From the NCBI GenBank assembly GCA_963769325.1, contig CAVYLH010000003.1:866391-930390 (forward strand): a DNA stretch of 64,000 bases. The letters are read 5' to 3'. Made by a program: the position numbers and the translations under genes. The stretch comes from an uncultured Actinomycetota bacterium. GTDB lineage: Bacteria > Actinomycetota > Actinomycetes > Propionibacteriales > Propionibacteriaceae. The notes beneath the pieces are model-generated. The model saw nothing but the letters and a program-made list of their open reading frames with translations, ran no database searches and was not told where the DNA came from. Shown here piece after piece: positions 61,108 to 64,000 of this stretch (positions are counted from its first letter, which is position 1; each line of letters starts with the position of its first letter).

Positions 61108-62619
61108 ATGGAATCGCTCGGGTGGCTGGTGGTCGGAATGCTCCTCGGAGCCGTGGTGTCGTGGCTGCTGCTGCGAGATCGCACGAGCCGAGGGCATGCC
61201 ACTCACGAGACTGAAGTTGAACGCGCCAAGGCCGAGGCCGCGCAGGCACGGGCAGACTCCGCCCAGGCCCGCGCAGAACTCAGCCAGTCGGGAACGAGCA
61301 TCGCAGAGGCTCGCCTCGAGGCGGCCGAAGCTCGATCTGAGCGCGCCGACGCGATGTCCGAGCTTGCCGACGTCAAGGCAGCGGCGGCCGGCGCCTTGGC
61401 TCAACGGGACGCGGCAGTGCACCGTGCCGAGGAGATCGCCGCTGACCGCGTCCAACTCCTCAACCAGTTCAAAGCCCTGTCGGCCGAGACCGTCGAAAAA
61501 CAGGCCAAGCAGATCGAAGCCTCAGCCGACCAGCGGCAGAAGGCCACCGACCAACTCCTGACCCCCGTGAAGGAAAGCCTGCAGCGGTTCAACGATCGGT
61601 TGACCCAGGTCGAGAAAGAACGGGTGGCGATGACCACCGACCTTCGGAACCAGGTGGCGGAGGTGCGGCTGACCGGCGAAACCCTGCGCCGGGAGACGGC
61701 TGCGCTGGTCACCGCCTTGCGCAAGCCCCAGGTTCGGGGCGCGTGGGGCGAGCTGCAACTCAAGAGGGTCGTAGAACTGGCGGGGATGGTGGAGCACTGC
61801 GACTTCGTACAGCAGCAGACCACCCAAACCTCCTCCGGAGCGACCATCCGTCCCGACCTGAAGGTGATTCTGAGCGAGGGTCGATTCATCTACGTGGATT
61901 CCAAGGTGCCCTTGAGTGCGTTTCTGGACGCCCACGAGACCGACGACAGCAAGGACCGGGCACGCCTGATGGGTCAGTTCGCGCGGAATGTGCAGACCCA
62001 CGTCGATCAGCTGTCCCGAAAGGACTACTACAAGGCGGACGGCACCACACCGGAGTTCGTGGTGTTGTTCCTACCCAGCGAGGCCCTCGCCGCCGAGGCG
62101 TTCAATCAGTTACCGGCGCTCCTGGAGTATGCCGCCGAACGGGCCGTCATGCTGGCCACCCCCAGCTCCTTGATCGCGATGCTCAAGACAGTGGCGTACT
62201 CCTGGCGACAGGCCGCCCTGGCGGAGTCTGCTCAGGAGGTCTTCAGCCTGGGTCGGGAGCTCTACGACCGCTTGGGCACTCTAGGCAAACACTTCGACAA
62301 GGTCGGCCGTTCCCTCACGTCCGCGGTGGGTGCCTACAACGACGCCGTAGGTTCAATTGAGGGACGGGTCTTCCCGACCGCGCGCAAACTCCGCGATCTG
62401 AAGGTCACAGAGAAAGAGCTACCAGCCGTCAGCGTTTCCGAAGCCGCCGTTCGCCCGCTCACCGGAGCCGAACTCGTGGAGGACGCCGCCGGCGTGCCTC
62501 CGATTATCGGCCGGACTCGACCCAACGACGAGTTGTCGTTGGCCCGGCCGCAGCCTGCTCTGGACGAACTCCTCGCTGGCGAACAGCCACGGATCGCGAG
62601 GAGTACTCAGACCGCCTGA
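61108..62619 (+). CDS. rmuC: DNA recombination protein RmuC
   Basis: N-terminal TM and coiled coil; LRKPQVRGAWGELQL, RPD, VDSKVPL, EFVVLFLPSE, LATP.SLIA. Confidence 0.93.
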   Translation: MESLGWLVVGMLLGAVVSWLLLRDRTSRGHATHETEVERAKAEAAQARADSAQARAELSQSGTSIAEARLEAAEARSERADAMSELADVKAAAAGALAQRDAAVHRAEEIAADRVQLLNQFKALSAETVEKQAKQIEASADQRQKATDQLLTPVKESLQRFNDRLTQVEKERVAMTTDLRNQVAEVRLTGETLRRETAALVTALRKPQVRGAWGELQLKRVVELAGMVEHCDFVQQQTTQTSSGATIRPDLKVILSEGRFIYVDSKVPLSAFLDAHETDDSKDRARLMGQFARNVQTHVDQLSRKDYYKADGTTPEFVVLFLPSEALAAEAFNQLPALLEYAAERAVMLATPSSLIAMLKTVAYSWRQAALAESAQEVFSLGRELYDRLGTLGKHFDKVGRSLTSAVGAYNDAVGSIEGRVFPTARKLRDLKVTEKELPAVSVSEAAVRPLTGAELVEDAAGVPPIIGRTRPNDELSLARPQPALDELLAGEQPRIARSTQTA

Positions 62620-63050
62620 GTTCAGCGGCTCAGCTGCCACAGCCCCGGCAGTCCCCACCGCCAACACACTGGAGCAAGCCAGAGACCTCCGCCACCACCA
62701 ACTGACCAAGCCAGAGACCTCCGCCACCACCCACCCAACCGCGCCCACCAGACCTGTCTTGCGTCAGGGATCGCGTCGCATTTCGGGGTCTTGATCAGAC
62801 CACACTGCGGGGTCTGATCTCGGCCACCGCTCACCCACACAACGCGAAGACCCCCCCCCCCGCCACCCACCCAACCGCCCCGACCCCAGCGATCTCGGCC
62901 ACCGCCCACCCGCAAGTCCGAGGATCCCCGCACCGCCCCAAACCGAGGCGGTCTCGGCCAGCGCGACCGACCAGGCATCGCCACAAGCGACTCGCGGGTC
63001 ACCTGGACCACGGTGCGGCCAACCACCCGGGCGCGGTGCACAATGGCCCG

Positions 63051-64000
63051 GTGATGATCGACGCCCGAGCAGTGGATGACGCCGCCGAACGGCTGGCCGG
63101 TGTGGCCGCCTGCACGCCGCTGCAATTGAACGAACGGCTCAGTGCTGCCACTGGGGCCTATATCTGGCTCAAGCGCGAGGACCTTCAGCCGGTGCGTTCG
63201 TACAAGATCCGCGGCGCGTACAACCTGATCTCGCAACTCGACGAGCGCCAACGGGCCGCTGGCGTCATCTGTGCCAGCGCTGGAAACCACGGTCAGGGGG
63301 TTGCGTTCGCCTGCGCGCGGCTCGGTATTCGGGCTCGGATCTTCGTGCCTGCCACCACCCCTCGGCAGAAACGGGAGCGCATGGTGGCGCTCGGCGAAGG
63401 ACGGGTCGAGCTCGCCGTCGTCGGCGACAGCTACGACGACGCAGCCGCCGGAGCCTTGTTGGAGGCCTCGGTCACGGGAGCGACCGTCGTCCCCGCGTTC
63501 GACGACCCAAGAACTATCGCCGGCCAGGGAACCGTGGCCCGCGAGATCGTCGAACAATTCGGCGCAGCGCCCGACGTGCTGGTCGCCCCGGTCGGCGGAG
63601 GGGGGATGCTCGCCGGCTGCCTGACCTATCTTGGCGAACGCCACCCCGACACGAAGGTTGTGGGTGTCGAGCCCGCCGGGGCCGCATCGATGGCGGCAGC
63701 GATGTCCGCCGGGCGGCCGGTCGACCTCGAGGCTATGGACACCTTCGTCGACGGCGCTGCCGTCAGACGGGTCGGCAACTTGACCTTCGACGTGGTGCAG
63801 CGATATCGCCCAGAGCTCTACGCGGTCCCGGAGGGCCGGATCTGCTCGGAGATGCTCGCGCTGTACCAGACGGAAGGGATCGTCAGCGAGCCCGCGGGTG
63901 CGCTAGCCATCGCATCCCTTGGCCAGTACAACCCGGCACCGGGCCAAACCGTGGTCGTCCTCGTCTCCGGCGGCAACAACGACGTCTCGCGGTACGCCGA
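63051..64000 (+). CDS. ilvA: Threonine dehydratase (3' end runs off the window)
   Basis: Manual translation: TPLQLNERLS...IWLKREDLQPVRSYKIRGAYN...CASAGNHGQG...AGQGT...PVGGGG...EPAGA...SGGNND. Confidence 0.93.
   Translation, partial: MMIDARAVDDAAERLAGVAACTPLQLNERLSAATGAYIWLKREDLQPVRSYKIRGAYNLISQLDERQRAAGVICASAGNHGQGVAFACARLGIRARIFVPATTPRQKRERMVALGEGRVELAVVGDSYDDAAAGALLEASVTGATVVPAFDDPRTIAGQGTVAREIVEQFGAAPDVLVAPVGGGGMLAGCLTYLGERHPDTKVVGVEPAGAASMAAAMSAGRPVDLEAMDTFVDGAAVRRVGNLTFDVVQRYRPELYAVPEGRICSEMLALYQTEGIVSEPAGALAIASLGQYNPAPGQTVVVLVSGGNNDVSRYA

Noticed and set aside
62620-62990. Coding region or structured RNA between rmuC and ilvA
   Set aside because: C-rich low-complexity DNA with short duplications and one small palindrome; no supportable gene.

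Overview
High-GC actinobacterial DNA, probably Propionibacteriales (inferred from gene content and synteny). Bases 1 to about 12,600 are the right part of a decaying integrated mobilizable element. It carries an XRE repressor and a divergent AlpA/Xis gene sharing an operator, an IS982 inserted in a small membrane-protein gene, malQ, truncated gene fragments, vapBC, a MobF (TrwC-type) relaxase-helicase, a solo HI1420-type antitoxin, an IS1634 remnant and a Xis-HTH/PIN pair. The rest is core chromosome: eat and eutBC, MOSC, TrpB2, then the conserved citE-like/mrp/DUF1003/mgtE-N/tatB ... O-methyltransferase/glgC/glgA(M)/DUF3117/LOG/dapE/dapD/dapC/fdxA block, followed by VanW, a DMT transporter, tkt, pullulanase, an ABC transporter with MarR, AlkZ-like, YpfJ, DUF4262, ychF, HAD-DUF952, M18 aminopeptidase, rmuC and ilvA. 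The most striking unexplained signal is a dispersed, strictly intergenic 75-77 bp element, GGGACA-N63..65-TGTCCC, with conserved ends, fixed length and a variable interior. There are 12 copies at 9 loci; four lie inside a 173-bp tandem array and one lies just upstream of a DUF559 nuclease gene that also has paired DnaA-box-like sites. Clustered frameshifts in tkt, pullulanase, the ABC gene and ychF look like assembly indel errors. No rRNA, tRNA or CRISPR-Cas was recognised.
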